From: Thermoanaerobaculia bacterium
GTDB lineage: Bacteria; Acidobacteriota; Thermoanaerobaculia; UBA5066
Assembly (NCBI GenBank): GCA_963719225.1
Contig: CAVRAY010000001.1
Coordinates: forward strand, 832,001-896,000
DNA: 64,000 bases
Direction: 5' to 3'
Position numbers and translations under genes: made by a program. Under the pieces are notes generated by a model, which was not told where the DNA came from, did no database searches, and was given only the letters and a program-made list of their open reading frames with translations. The first letter of the stretch is position 1, and each line of letters begins with the position of its first letter. Below are positions 48,184 to 59,697 of the stretch, one piece after another.

Positions 48184-48956
48184 GCCGCATCGAGGTCTGC
48201 TTCCTCGGCTCGGGCTCGTCGGGGAACTGCGCCGTCGTGCGCGTGAACGGGACGAGCATCCTCGTGGACGCGGGCCTCTCGACGAAGGAGACCGAGAGGC
48301 GCCTCGCCTTGCGCGGAACCTCGCTGGCCGAGATTTCGGCCGTCTTCCTCACGCACGAGCACGCGGACCACGTCTATGCCGCGCTCGACCTGAACCGGCG
48401 GCACGGCATCCCCGTGTTCGCGTCGCGCGGCACCGCCGTGGCCGGCGGATTCCCGGGGCCGCTCTTCGCCGACGTGCGGCCCGTGGCGGGCGGGAGGGAG
48501 ATGATCCTGGGGGACCTCCACGTGCGCGTCACGTCCACCCCGCACGACGGCGCCGAATCGGTGTGCTTCGTTTTCGCGGACGGAGGCGGCCGCCGCGTCG
48601 GGATCGCCACCGATCTCGGGCATCTTTCCTCGGCCGTGCTCGAGGTGCTGAGCGACTGCGACGTCCTCGGCCTCGAGGCGAATCACGACGAGGATCTGCT
48701 GCGATCCGGTCCGTATCCGCCGTACCTGAAGAAGCGGATTCTCTCCGCCGTGGGGCACCTTTCGAACGAGAGCGCGGCCGAAGGGCTTCGGCGTCTCGTC
48801 GGACCCCGGACCGCCGCGGTGGTGGCCCTCCACGTGTCGCGGCACAACAACACGAGCGCGCTCGCCGAAAGGGTCTTCCGCGAGGCGCTCGAGGACACCG
48901 GCACGCACGCGTCTCTCGCGGTCGCCCGGCACGATGAGCCCACGGACTGGATGTAG
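48180..48956 (+). CDS. MBL-fold metallo-hydrolase (YycJ/WalJ-like)
   Basis: SGSSGN, THEHADH, EANHD, GHLSN. Confidence 0.9.
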   Translation: MSRIEVCFLGSGSSGNCAVVRVNGTSILVDAGLSTKETERRLALRGTSLAEISAVFLTHEHADHVYAALDLNRRHGIPVFASRGTAVAGGFPGPLFADVRPVAGGREMILGDLHVRVTSTPHDGAESVCFVFADGGGRRVGIATDLGHLSSAVLEVLSDCDVLGLEANHDEDLLRSGPYPPYLKKRILSAVGHLSNESAAEGLRRLVGPRTAAVVALHVSRHNNTSALAERVFREALEDTGTHASLAVARHDEPTDWM

Positions 48957-48977
48957 AGTCGGGACGAGGAGTCGCCG

Positions 48978-49247
48978 ATGACGGTTCTCGTGAAGGTCAT
49001 GCTCAAGCCGGGAGTTCTCGATCCCCAGGGGAAGGCGATCGCCGGAGCGCTCCACCGCCTCGGCTACGTGTCGGTCTCGGACGTGAGGGCCGGGAAGCTC
49101 TTCCGCCTCGAGGTCGATACGGACGACCCGAAGGTGGCGAAGGAGGCGGGCGAGCAGATGGCGGGGAAGCTCCTCGCGAATCCCGTCATCGAGGACTACG
49201 AGGTTCTCCTCGAGCCCGCGGCCGCGCCGGCGGGAGCCGCCCGGTGA
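48978..49247 (+). CDS. purS: FGAM synthase subunit PurS
   Basis: KPGVLDPQG, LLANPVIEDY. Confidence 0.96.
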   Translation: MTVLVKVMLKPGVLDPQGKAIAGALHRLGYVSVSDVRAGKLFRLEVDTDDPKVAKEAGEQMAGKLLANPVIEDYEVLLEPAAAPAGAAR

Positions 49248-49963
49248 CCGTCGCGTCGCCGCGCGTCGCCGTCGTCGTGTTTCCGGGCAGCAACTGCGAC
49301 GAGGATGCCGCCGCTGCAGCGCGGAACGTGCTCCAGGCGGACGTGAGGATGGTGCGCCACGACGAGCGCGCCCTCGGCGATCCCGAGCTGGTGATCCTGC
49401 CGGGAGGCTTCGCGTACGGCGATTACCTGAGGAGCGGCGCGATGGCGCGTTTCTCTCCCGTGATGGAGTCCGTGGCCGCGTTTGCGGGACAGGGAGGGGC
49501 CGTGCTCGGCATCTGCAACGGCTTCCAGATCCTCTGCGAGGCGGGGCTCCTTCCCGGGGCGATGCTCAAGAACGAAGGGCTGCGATTCGTCTGCCGCGAC
49601 GTCTTCCTGCGCGTCGAGTCCAAGCGCACGCCGTTCACGCTCGCGATCAACAAGGGCGACGTCCTGAGGATGCCGGTTGCTCACGGCGAGGGCAACTGGA
49701 CCGCCGAGCGCCGCGTGCACGAGGAGATGATCGCGCGGGATCAGATCGTCTTCCGCTACGTGCTCAGCGACGGCTCGCGCGGCGACGGGGCGAACCCGAA
49801 CGGGTCGCTGGACGACGTCGCGGGCATCTGCAACGTGAAGGGCAACGTCGTCGGCCTCATGCCGCATCCCGAGCGGGCGGCCGAGGAGCTCCTCGGCGGC
49901 ACGGACGGCGCGCGTCTCTTCAAGTCCTTCGCGACGACCCGCATGGCGATGCACGGGACGTAG
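49244..49963 (+). CDS. purQ: FGAM synthase glutaminase subunit PurQ
   Basis: [29 protein letters not shown]. Confidence 0.96.
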   Translation: MTVASPRVAVVVFPGSNCDEDAAAAARNVLQADVRMVRHDERALGDPELVILPGGFAYGDYLRSGAMARFSPVMESVAAFAGQGGAVLGICNGFQILCEAGLLPGAMLKNEGLRFVCRDVFLRVESKRTPFTLAINKGDVLRMPVAHGEGNWTAERRVHEEMIARDQIVFRYVLSDGSRGDGANPNGSLDDVAGICNVKGNVVGLMPHPERAAEELLGGTDGARLFKSFATTRMAMHGT

Positions 49964-49980
49964 GGAAGTAGACTCTCTTC

Positions 49981-50127
49981 ATGGGGCTGTCCATCAAAGC
50001 TCGGAGAGAGAGAATCGATCGGCTGCTCCGAAGGTTCTGGGCGACTCTTCCAAAGCGGGTCCTCGGGAAGAAGATCTCGAAGAAAGAGCACGCGCGGCTT
50101 CTCGGATACGGCCCGAACGGCGTCTGA
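49981..50127 (+). CDS. Shortened VapB-like antitoxin (48 aa)
   Basis: MGLSIK...LLGYGPNGV ends match a VapB family, central part missing; not in the ORF track. Confidence 0.65.
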   Translation: MGLSIKARRERIDRLLRRFWATLPKRVLGKKISKKEHARLLGYGPNGV

Positions 50128-50354
50128 TCGTCGACGCGTTCGAGTTCGTGCGCGACTTCGGGATCGTCGTGATTCCTTTCGAAGAGGAGCACGCCCGCGC
50201 GGCCGCCGAGGCGTTCGCCCGCTTCGGAAAAGGCCGGCACCGCGCAGCTCTCAACTTCGGGGACTGCATGAGCTATGCGGTCGCGAAGCTGGCGGGTCAG
50301 CCGCTCCTCTGCACGGGAACGGATTTCGCGAAGACCGACCTGAAGCTCGCCTGA
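50124..50354 (+). pseudogene. Internally deleted VapC PIN toxin; CTG start
   Basis: (M)IVDA joined in frame to the C-terminal half FGKGRH..ALNFGDC..YA...PLL..G.DF. Confidence 0.7.
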
Positions 50355-50359
50355 CAGCG

Positions 50360-51235
50360 TCAGCGCGTCTTCATCCACGCGACGCACTTCTCCAGCTCCT
50401 TGCGCATCGCGGCCGGCGAGTCCGCGCGGAACGTCTCGCCGTGGCCCGGCAGGACGCGCGTGAAGGAGAAGTCGAGCAGGCGCTCCATCGACCGGATCTG
50501 CTCCTTCCACGAGTACCAGCACGCGTCGCGGAATCCGACGAGATGCCCGCGCCTCTTCGAGAAGGCCAGGGTGTCGCCCGTGAAGAGGACGGTGTCCTTC
50601 CAGAGCAGGACCGTGTGGCCGCGCGTGTGGCCGGGAGTCGGAACGGCGACGAGATCGTGCGCGAGGCGGATGGGCTCGTCGCCTTCGAGGGCGCGTTCGG
50701 GCGGCTCGCCGAGGGCCACGGCGTCCCGCGCGTGGATGACGCGCTCGCAGGAGAAGCGCTTCCTCAGCGCGGCGTGGTCGGCGACGTCGTCGCGGTGCGT
50801 GAGGAAGAGGGTCGCCACGCCGCCGAGGCGCTCGAGGCCCGCGAGAAGCGGGCCGGCGGCGCGCGGGGAATCCACGAGGACGTTTCCTTCCGGGCGCGCC
50901 GCGAGCCAGCTCCAGGCGCCGAACGATTTCTCCGACGTGTAGCCGCAGAAGAAGACGCCGTCCCCGGCGGGCTCCGGAAAGGCGTTCGCGGCTTCGCGCG
51001 TCTTCGCGGCCCGGTTCGCGGTGCCGATCGAACCCGTCGGGCAGGCCACGAGGGCCGCGAGCGCCCGGGATTCGGCCGGAGCGTCGCCCGGCTGGCGCGC
51101 CACGTACGAAAAGCCGTCGCCCTGCGCGAAGACCTCAGGCGTCATCTGCCGGCACGTCGCGCAGTCGATGCACGTCCGGTCGACATAGAAGTCTCCGGGC
51201 GCGTTTTCGGGAAGGCGTTCGGCGAGCCGTGCCAC
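50360..51235 (-). CDS. MBL-fold hydrolase with N-terminal ferredoxin domain
   Basis: CIDCATC...CP; LTHRDDVADH, PGHTRGH, LFTGD, LPGHG. Confidence 0.88.
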   Translation of the reverse strand: MARLAERLPENAPGDFYVDRTCIDCATCRQMTPEVFAQGDGFSYVARQPGDAPAESRALAALVACPTGSIGTANRAAKTREAANAFPEPAGDGVFFCGYTSEKSFGAWSWLAARPEGNVLVDSPRAAGPLLAGLERLGGVATLFLTHRDDVADHAALRKRFSCERVIHARDAVALGEPPERALEGDEPIRLAHDLVAVPTPGHTRGHTVLLWKDTVLFTGDTLAFSKRRGHLVGFRDACWYSWKEQIRSMERLLDFSFTRVLPGHGETFRADSPAAMRKELEKCVAWMKTR

Positions 51236-51313
51236 GGCCTTTCGAACGGTCCGAGCTCGCCGGAAATTCCGCGCGCGACCTCGGACGCAGTCTGCGGTAA
51301 CGTTCCTCTACCC

Positions 51314-52642
51314 ATGCAGCCGCCGTCCGGCGCGCCCCGGCGCCTCATCGGGCTCGTCGACGCAACGGCGCTCGTCGTCGGCTCGATGATCGGCTCGGGG
51401 ATCTTCATCGTCTCGGCCGAGTCCGCGCGGCTCCTCGGCACGCCGGGGCGCCTTCTCGCCGTCTGGATCCTCGCGGGCGCGCTCACGCTTCTGGCGGCGA
51501 ACGCGTGCGCCGAGCTCGCGACGATGTTTCCGCTCGCCGGCGGCCCCTACATCTTCTTCCGCGAGGCGTACGGGCCGCTCGCCGGGTTCCTTTTCGGATG
51601 GACGATGGCGCTCGTCATCCAGACCGGCACGATCGCGGCGGTCGCGGTCGCCTTCGCGAAGTTCCTCGGGATCCTCCTGCCGTCCGTGGCGGGCGGAGCG
51701 ACGAAAGCCGTCGCGGCATCCGTCGTTCTCGTCCTCAGCGCCACGAACGCGATCGGGCTCAAGACGGGAACCCGCCTGCAGAACGTCCTGACCATCCTCA
51801 AGGTCGCCGCGCTCGTCGCCCTGACGGCGGCGGGAATCCTCCTCGGCCGCGCGTCCGCTTCCGCCACTGTCCCCGGGGTGGAAGTGCCCTTCGCGGGGTC
51901 CCTCGTCCTGGCGTTCGCCCTCGCGCTCGTCGGGCCCGCGTTCTCGCAATCGGCCTGGACGAACGTGACGTTCCCCGGCGCCGAGATCCGGGAGCCCGGC
52001 CGCACCTTCCCGCGCGCGCTCCTCCTCGGTTGCGCGCTCGTCACGTGCCTCTACGTGCTCGCGAACGTGGGTTACCTCAAGGCGCTGGGCTTTTCGGGCA
52101 TCGCCCATGCACCTCAGGACCGCGTCGGCACGGCCGCGGCCGCGACCCTGGTGCCTGGCGGGGGCACATGGATGGCGGGGGCGATTCTCGTGTCCACGTT
52201 CGGGTGCGCGAACGGTCTCGTCCTCTCCGGGGCGCGCGTCGTCTATGCGCTCGCGGCGGACGGCCACCTGCCCGCGGCGGCCGCGCGCCTGAACGCGGCC
52301 GGGGTACCCGGCGTCGCCCTCGCGCTCCAGGCCGCATGGGCGCTCGTCCTCATTCTCTCGGGGACGTACTCGGATCTCCTGCGCTACGTCGTCGCGGTGG
52401 AGTTCGTCGTCCTCATTCTCCTGGTCCTCGCGGTGCCGGCCCTGCGCCGGAAGCTCCCCGGGCAGGACCGGCCTTTCCGGACCTGGGGCCATCCGGCGAC
52501 GTCCGCGCTCTTCGTCTTCCTCGCGGGCGCCGTGGTGATCCTGCTCGCGATCGCGAGCCCGCGCACGACGCTGCCGGGATTCGGCCTCGTCCTCCTCGGC
52601 ATCCCCGTCTATCTCGTGCGCCGGAAAGGGCGGGCCGCGTGA
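51314..52642 (+). CDS. APC family amino acid permease
   Basis: GSMIGSGIF, ELATMFP.AGG.Y, many TM helices. Confidence 0.9.
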   Translation: MQPPSGAPRRLIGLVDATALVVGSMIGSGIFIVSAESARLLGTPGRLLAVWILAGALTLLAANACAELATMFPLAGGPYIFFREAYGPLAGFLFGWTMALVIQTGTIAAVAVAFAKFLGILLPSVAGGATKAVAASVVLVLSATNAIGLKTGTRLQNVLTILKVAALVALTAAGILLGRASASATVPGVEVPFAGSLVLAFALALVGPAFSQSAWTNVTFPGAEIREPGRTFPRALLLGCALVTCLYVLANVGYLKALGFSGIAHAPQDRVGTAAAATLVPGGGTWMAGAILVSTFGCANGLVLSGARVVYALAADGHLPAAAARLNAAGVPGVALALQAAWALVLILSGTYSDLLRYVVAVEFVVLILLVLAVPALRRKLPGQDRPFRTWGHPATSALFVFLAGAVVILLAIASPRTTLPGFGLVLLGIPVYLVRRKGRAA

Positions 52643-53247
52643 AGGTGGCGGGAGAGTACGCGTGGCTCCTCGAGTTCGAAGGCGAGGAGGCGCGGGCGAA
52701 CGAGGCGGCGCGAAACGCCGCGGCGGCGATCCGGGCCTCGGGTCTTCCGGGTCTCGTGGACGTCGTCCCCGCGGCGCGCACCGTCCTCGTTCTCGGCACG
52801 CCGGAGCTTTCCGCGCGCTCTCTCGAAGCGTTCGAAGCGGCTCCTGACGGCACGGGGCCCGCGCGTCCGGGGCGCCGGCACGAGATCCGGATGACGCCGG
52901 ACGGTGCGGACCTCGACGAGATCGCATCGCGCTCGGGGCTCTCGCCCGACGCCTTTCTCGAGGCATTCGTCAGGCTGGAGTTCACCGTCGGATTTCTCGG
53001 CTTCTCGCCCGGATTTGCCTATCTCTACGGGTTGCCCAGGGCCTTTCACCTGCCGAGGCGCGGCACTCCGCGCGTCGCCGTGCCTGCCGGAAGCGTCGCC
53101 CTCGCGGGGCCGTACGTCGGAATCTATCCGGCCCCGACTCCGGGCGGATGGAACCTCCTCGGGCGGACCGCGCGCGAGCTCGTGGACTTCCGGTCCGATC
53201 CGCCGTTTCTCTTCGCCGCCGGGGACCGGGTGCGCTTTTCGCTGTGA
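52639..53247 (+). CDS. pxpB: 5-oxoprolinase subunit B
   Basis: GFSPGFAYL, PAGSVALAG, IYP..TPGGWNLLGRT. Confidence 0.88.
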   Translation: MKVAGEYAWLLEFEGEEARANEAARNAAAAIRASGLPGLVDVVPAARTVLVLGTPELSARSLEAFEAAPDGTGPARPGRRHEIRMTPDGADLDEIASRSGLSPDAFLEAFVRLEFTVGFLGFSPGFAYLYGLPRAFHLPRRGTPRVAVPAGSVALAGPYVGIYPAPTPGGWNLLGRTARELVDFRSDPPFLFAAGDRVRFSL

Positions 53248-54170
53248 TGGGGACGCGCGGACTCCTCGTCCTGGAGCCGGGGCTCCTCACGACGGTGCAG
53301 GACCTCGGGCGATACGGGTGGGCGTCGTTCGGCGTTCCGGAGACCGGCGCGCTCGACGAGGAAGCGCTGCGTCTGGCGAACCGCCTCGTCGGGAACGCCG
53401 AGAACGCGGCCGCTCTCGAGATCACGCTCCTGGGACCGGTCCTGCGCGCCTCGAGCGACCTCGATCTCGCGGTCCTCGGCGGGACGTTCGGGCCCGCGCC
53501 CGGGAAAGCGCTCCGCGTCGCCGAGGGCGAGATCATCTCGCTCGCGCCGGCTCCCGGCGCGACGCGCGCGATCGTCGCGGTCGGTGGCGGGATCGACGTT
53601 CCGCTCGTCCTCGGGAGCCGTTCGACGTGCGTCTCGGGCCGCTTCGGCGGCCTCCAGGGACGGCGCCTCCAGCGCGGGGACTTCCTCCCGGTCCTTCCGG
53701 CTTCCGGAGCGCCGCTCGCCCAGGCGCGGGCGGACCTGTCACAGCCGGGCGAAGGCGACGTCGTCCTGCGCGCGTTCGCGGGATCGGACGAAGGCGAGTT
53801 CGACGCGGTCGCGCACGCGGCCTTCTGGCGCACGCGCTGGAAGATCCTTCCCGAGTCGAACCGCATGGGCCTCCGGCTCTCGGGCCCTTCCCTCGGCCTC
53901 GTGGAAACCGCTTCCCGCCCGTCGGAGGGAACCACCCGGGGGACCGTCCAGGTGACCGCGGACGGGTACCCGATCGTGCTTCTCGGCGAGCGACCCACGA
54001 CGGGCGGCTATCCGAAGGTCGCCGTCGTGGCCTGGGCGGACCTCGATCTCCTCGCGCGCACGCCGCCGGGCCGAAACGTGCGCTTTGAGAGAATCTCCGT
54101 GGCAGAAGCCAGAAAACTGATGGACGCGCGCGAAGCCCGTCTCCGCGCGTTTCCCGGAGGCCCTCCATGA
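53247..54170 (+). CDS. pxpC: 5-oxoprolinase subunit C
   Basis: TTVQDLGR, AN.LVGN, LGSRST, SNRMGLRL, TTGGYP. Confidence 0.9.
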   Translation: MGTRGLLVLEPGLLTTVQDLGRYGWASFGVPETGALDEEALRLANRLVGNAENAAALEITLLGPVLRASSDLDLAVLGGTFGPAPGKALRVAEGEIISLAPAPGATRAIVAVGGGIDVPLVLGSRSTCVSGRFGGLQGRRLQRGDFLPVLPASGAPLAQARADLSQPGEGDVVLRAFAGSDEGEFDAVAHAAFWRTRWKILPESNRMGLRLSGPSLGLVETASRPSEGTTRGTVQVTADGYPIVLLGERPTTGGYPKVAVVAWADLDLLARTPPGRNVRFERISVAEARKLMDAREARLRAFPGGPP

Positions 54171-54997
54171 TCGAGCCCGTTCGCGAGTTCCGCGCCAAGA
54201 GCCGCTACGCCGTCGACCTCAATTTCGACGGCGGCGAGGGCGGCGACGACGCGGGCCTCATGCGCTGGGTCTCCACGGTGAACATCGCCTGCGGAGGTCA
54301 CGCCGGTGACGAGGTCTCGATGCGCAAGGTCGTGTGCCTGGCGCTCGCCAAGGGGGTCGCGATCCACGCGCACCCCTCGTACGAGGATCGGGCAAATTTC
54401 GGGAGGAGCCCGGTCGCGCTCGGCCCCGAGGCGATCGAGGCCCTCGTGAAGGGACAGGTCGACACGCTGCGCAACATCGTCCGCGAGGAAGAGGGCGAGC
54501 TCACGGGCGTCAAGCCGCACGGGGCTCTCTATCACGCCGCCGCGGCGAACCCCGACGTCGCTTCCGCGGTCGCGCGGGCCGTGTGGAGCGTGTCGAGGAG
54601 CCTCGTCCTCGTCTCGTCTCCCGGATCCAAGCTCCTCGACGCCGGGCGCGCTCTGGGTCTCGCCGTCGCGGCGGAAGGCTTCGTGGATCGCGGATACGAA
54701 GCCGATGGCTCCCTCATTCCTCGCGGCGCCCCCGGAGCTCTCGTCGAGGATCCCGAAGCCGCGGCCCGATCCGCGGTCTCGTTCGTCTTCGATCGCCAGA
54801 CGATCGCGCGCAACGGCCAGGCGGTCCCTCTCGCGGTCGACACGCTTTGCGTCCACGGCGACACGCCGAACGCCATCGCGATCGCGGCGGAGGTGCGGGC
54901 CGCGCTCGTCGAGGCGGAGATCGTCGTGCGCTCTCTGAAGGGCTGGCGTCCCGCGACGGAGCCCGGAGCCGCCGGCGGGCCTTCCGCCCGGGTCTAG
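54167..54997 (+). CDS. pxpA: 5-oxoprolinase subunit A (LamB/YcsF)
   Basis: DLNFDGGE, NIACGGHAGD, KPHGALY, TLCVHGD. Confidence 0.92.
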   Translation: MIEPVREFRAKSRYAVDLNFDGGEGGDDAGLMRWVSTVNIACGGHAGDEVSMRKVVCLALAKGVAIHAHPSYEDRANFGRSPVALGPEAIEALVKGQVDTLRNIVREEEGELTGVKPHGALYHAAAANPDVASAVARAVWSVSRSLVLVSSPGSKLLDAGRALGLAVAAEGFVDRGYEADGSLIPRGAPGALVEDPEAAARSAVSFVFDRQTIARNGQAVPLAVDTLCVHGDTPNAIAIAAEVRAALVEAEIVVRSLKGWRPATEPGAAGGPSARV

Positions 54998-55009
54998 AGA
55001 CTCTTGACG

Positions 55010-55261
55010 TCAGATGAGAGTGAAGCGAGGTCCGGAAGGCGGAGGCACGGACCGGAGCTGCTCGCGGGTCCACCGAAACCGTCTTACGAAGAGCGTGTAG
55101 TCCGCCAGCGAAACCGGTCGCGGTCGATTCCGTTCGAGGGCAGCGGCTGTCGCGGGAGAGGGGCGGGGAAGGCCGTCGAGGTCGATGGCCTCACGACGTG
55201 GGCTTGAGCCGCTCGTAGAGGTCCGTGAGGCCCGCCCTCTCGAAGTATCCACGGGCTTCAT
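55010..55261 (-). CDS. Small hypothetical protein overlapping the nucleotidyltransferase (putative TA partner)
   Basis: 83-aa ORF starting inside the NTase 3' end and filling the gap to pxpA. Confidence 0.45.
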   Translation of the reverse strand: MKPVDTSRGRASRTSTSGSSPRREAIDLDGLPRPSPATAAALERNRPRPVSLADYTLFVRRFRWTREQLRSVPPPSGPRFTLI

Positions 55262-55721
55262 TATGGTCGATTCCGGGAAGGGCGAGAAGGTGTTGCAGGT
55301 CGGGACTGTCTCGAATCGCTCTTGTCGCCACGCTCTGGATAGCGCGGACCTTCATGGCGACGAGGTGCTCGGGCCGCGGCACGAGGATCGGCCGGCCGTC
55401 GGGCCCGGGGCGCTCCACCGCCGCGTCGAAGAGGCGTCTGCTGGTCTCGCCTTCCACCCAGACGAGGTCCAAGCGGCCGAGATCAGGATCGCCATGCTGG
55501 AGGTTCGTGAAGCCCTCGGAATCGAGCAGGATTTCGAAGCCCTGACCGGTGATTCTCGGAAGGAGCTCCGCCCGAGCGGCTTCATCGACGACGAGGTCGA
55601 GGTCGAGGGTCGCGCGCGTCGATCCCCAGGCCGCCAGGGCAAAGCCGCCCGCGAGCATCCAGCGAGCGTTCGTCGCTTCGAAAAGAGGTCGGAGCAGAGC
55701 AACGAGCCGCGCTGCATCCAC
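55191..55721 (-). CDS. Stand-alone nucleotidyltransferase (AbiEii/MNT-like)
   Basis: LAGGFAL...RATLDLD, LVAMK, D..DL. Confidence 0.75.
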   Translation of the reverse strand: MDAARLVALLRPLFEATNARWMLAGGFALAAWGSTRATLDLDLVVDEAARAELLPRITGQGFEILLDSEGFTNLQHGDPDLGRLDLVWVEGETSRRLFDAAVERPGPDGRPILVPRPEHLVAMKVRAIQSVATRAIRDSPDLQHLLALPGIDHNEARGYFERAGLTDLYERLKPTS

Positions 55722-55783
55722 AGCGGGAATGATGGCATGCGCAGCGGCGAGGAGGAGGAACGCTTCCGCTAAACTACGCCTCC

Positions 55784-58001
<2,218 letters not shown>

Positions 58002-58005
<4 letters not shown>

Positions 58006-58595
58006 AGAGACGCACCGTCCACGCCGCCGCCGTTCTTTTCCTGATCTCTCTCGCCGCTCCGGCCGCGCGCGCCGCGGCGTTGAGGATCGGAGCCCCGGCG
58101 CCCGATTTCACGCTTCCGGCGGCTTCCGACGGGAAGCCGGTCGCGCTGAAGGACCTTCTCGCCCGGAGCAAGGCGGTCGCCGTCGTGTTCGTCGCCACGC
58201 AGTGTCCGGTCTCGAACGCCTACAACACGCGCATGGCGGCCCTCGGGAAGGAGTACGCGGCGAAGGGCATCGCGCTCGTCGGGATCAACAGCAACAAGAC
58301 GGAGCCGGCCGCCGAGGTGAAGGCGCACGCGGAAAAGCACGGCTTCACGTTCCCGGTTCTGAAAGACGACGCCAATCGGATCGCCGACGCCTATGGCGCG
58401 ACGAAGACGCCGGAGGTCTTCGTCGTCGACCCGAAGGGGAGCCTTCTCTACCACGGCCGCATCGACGAGAACCAGGACGATCCCGGAGGCGTGAAATCGC
58501 CGGACCTGAGGAATGCGCTCGACGCCGTGCTCGCGGGAAAGCCCGTCCCCGCGGCCGAGACGAAAGCCTTCGGCTGCACGATCAAACGCGTTTGA
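58002..58595 (+). CDS. Exported thioredoxin-fold / AhpC-TSA redoxin
   Basis: Signal peptide, APDFTL, QCPVS, TPEVF, YHGRID, FGCTIK. Confidence 0.85.
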
Positions 58596-59095
58596 GCATC
58601 GTCCGGGGGTTCCTGCTGCCGGCGGCGGCCCTCGTGGTCCTCGCCCAACCTGCCGCTTCCGAGCCCGTGAAGCTCGTGAAACCGGAGCAGTACCGCGCGC
58701 GCGTCGTGGCCGCGAAGAAGGGCCGCGTCCTTCTCGTGAACTTCTGGGCGACGTGGTGCGACCCGTGCCGCGAGGAGATGCCCGCCCTCGTCTCCGCGGC
58801 GAAGGGGTTTTCCTCGAAGGACGTGGCCGTCGCCCTCGTGTCGACCGATTCCCTGAAGAAGACGTCGGACGTGCAGAAGTTCCTGGCGTCCGCGAAGATC
58901 CCGTTCGTCTGCTGGCAGGCGAAGAGCCCCGATCCGCAGGTCTTCATCGACGCCGTGGACAAGAGCTGGGACGGAGCCGTGCCTTACACGCTCGTGTACG
59001 ACCGCAAGGGCGAGCTCGTCGCGCGTCTGGCGGGGCCTCAGACGGCGAAGTCCTTCGGCGAGGCCGTCCGCAAGGCCTTGGCGCCGGGCTCTTGA
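58592..59095 (+). CDS. TlpA family disulfide reductase
   Basis: NFWATWCDPCREEMP; TTGA overlap. Confidence 0.88.
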   Translation: MSIVRGFLLPAAALVVLAQPAASEPVKLVKPEQYRARVVAAKKGRVLLVNFWATWCDPCREEMPALVSAAKGFSSKDVAVALVSTDSLKKTSDVQKFLASAKIPFVCWQAKSPDPQVFIDAVDKSWDGAVPYTLVYDRKGELVARLAGPQTAKSFGEAVRKALAPGS

Positions 59096-59697
59096 CGCGC
59101 CGCCGCTTCGACGCGCTTTTTCTCGATCGTGACGGGACGCTCGTCGCCGAACGCGGTTTCCTCGGGGACCCGCGCGCGGTGCGGCTCGCGCCCGGCGCCG
59201 CGGAGCGCCTGAGGGCATTCCAGCGCGAGGGAACGGCCCTCTTCATCGTCACGAACCAGTCCGGGCTCGCCCGCGGCTTCCTGACGCGCGAGCAGGTGGA
59301 CGCTGTGAACGCCGAGGTCGTGCGCCGATACGCCGCCCGGGGCGTGACGTTCGAGGGCATCCTCGTCTGCCCGCACCATCCGGAAGCCGCCGTCCCCTCG
59401 CTTCGCCGGAAATGCCGGTGCCGCAAGCCGGGAACGCTCCTTCACGAGCGCGCGCTCCGTGCCCGCGGTCTCTCCGCGCGGCGCTCGGCGGTCGTAGGAG
59501 ACAAGTGGGACGACGTCGGGTCCGGTCTCGCTCTCGGCGCGGCGACGGCGCACGTCCTCACGGGCTATGGCCGGAGGGACCGGCCGCTCGTCCGCGCGCG
59601 CGCGCCCGGTGCGATACTCGCGACGACCCTCGCCGATGCGCTCGACCAGCTCCTCTCGCGCCTGCCGTCCCGCCGCCCGCCGCGGAGATCCGCGTGA
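59092..59697 (+). CDS. gmhB: D-glycero-D-manno-heptose 1,7-bisphosphate phosphatase
   Basis: FLDRDGTL, TNQSG, CPHHP, CRCRKP, VGD. Confidence 0.9.
   Translation: MTRRRFDALFLDRDGTLVAERGFLGDPRAVRLAPGAAERLRAFQREGTALFIVTNQSGLARGFLTREQVDAVNAEVVRRYAARGVTFEGILVCPHHPEAAVPSLRRKCRCRKPGTLLHERALRARGLSARRSAVVGDKWDDVGSGLALGAATAHVLTGYGRRDRPLVRARAPGAILATTLADALDQLLSRLPSRRPPRRSA

Noticed and set aside
55025-55050. AGGTCCGGAAGG resembling the SRP RNA loop
   Set aside because: Lacks the following AAGCAGC and the long flanking stem; lies in an opposite-strand ORF
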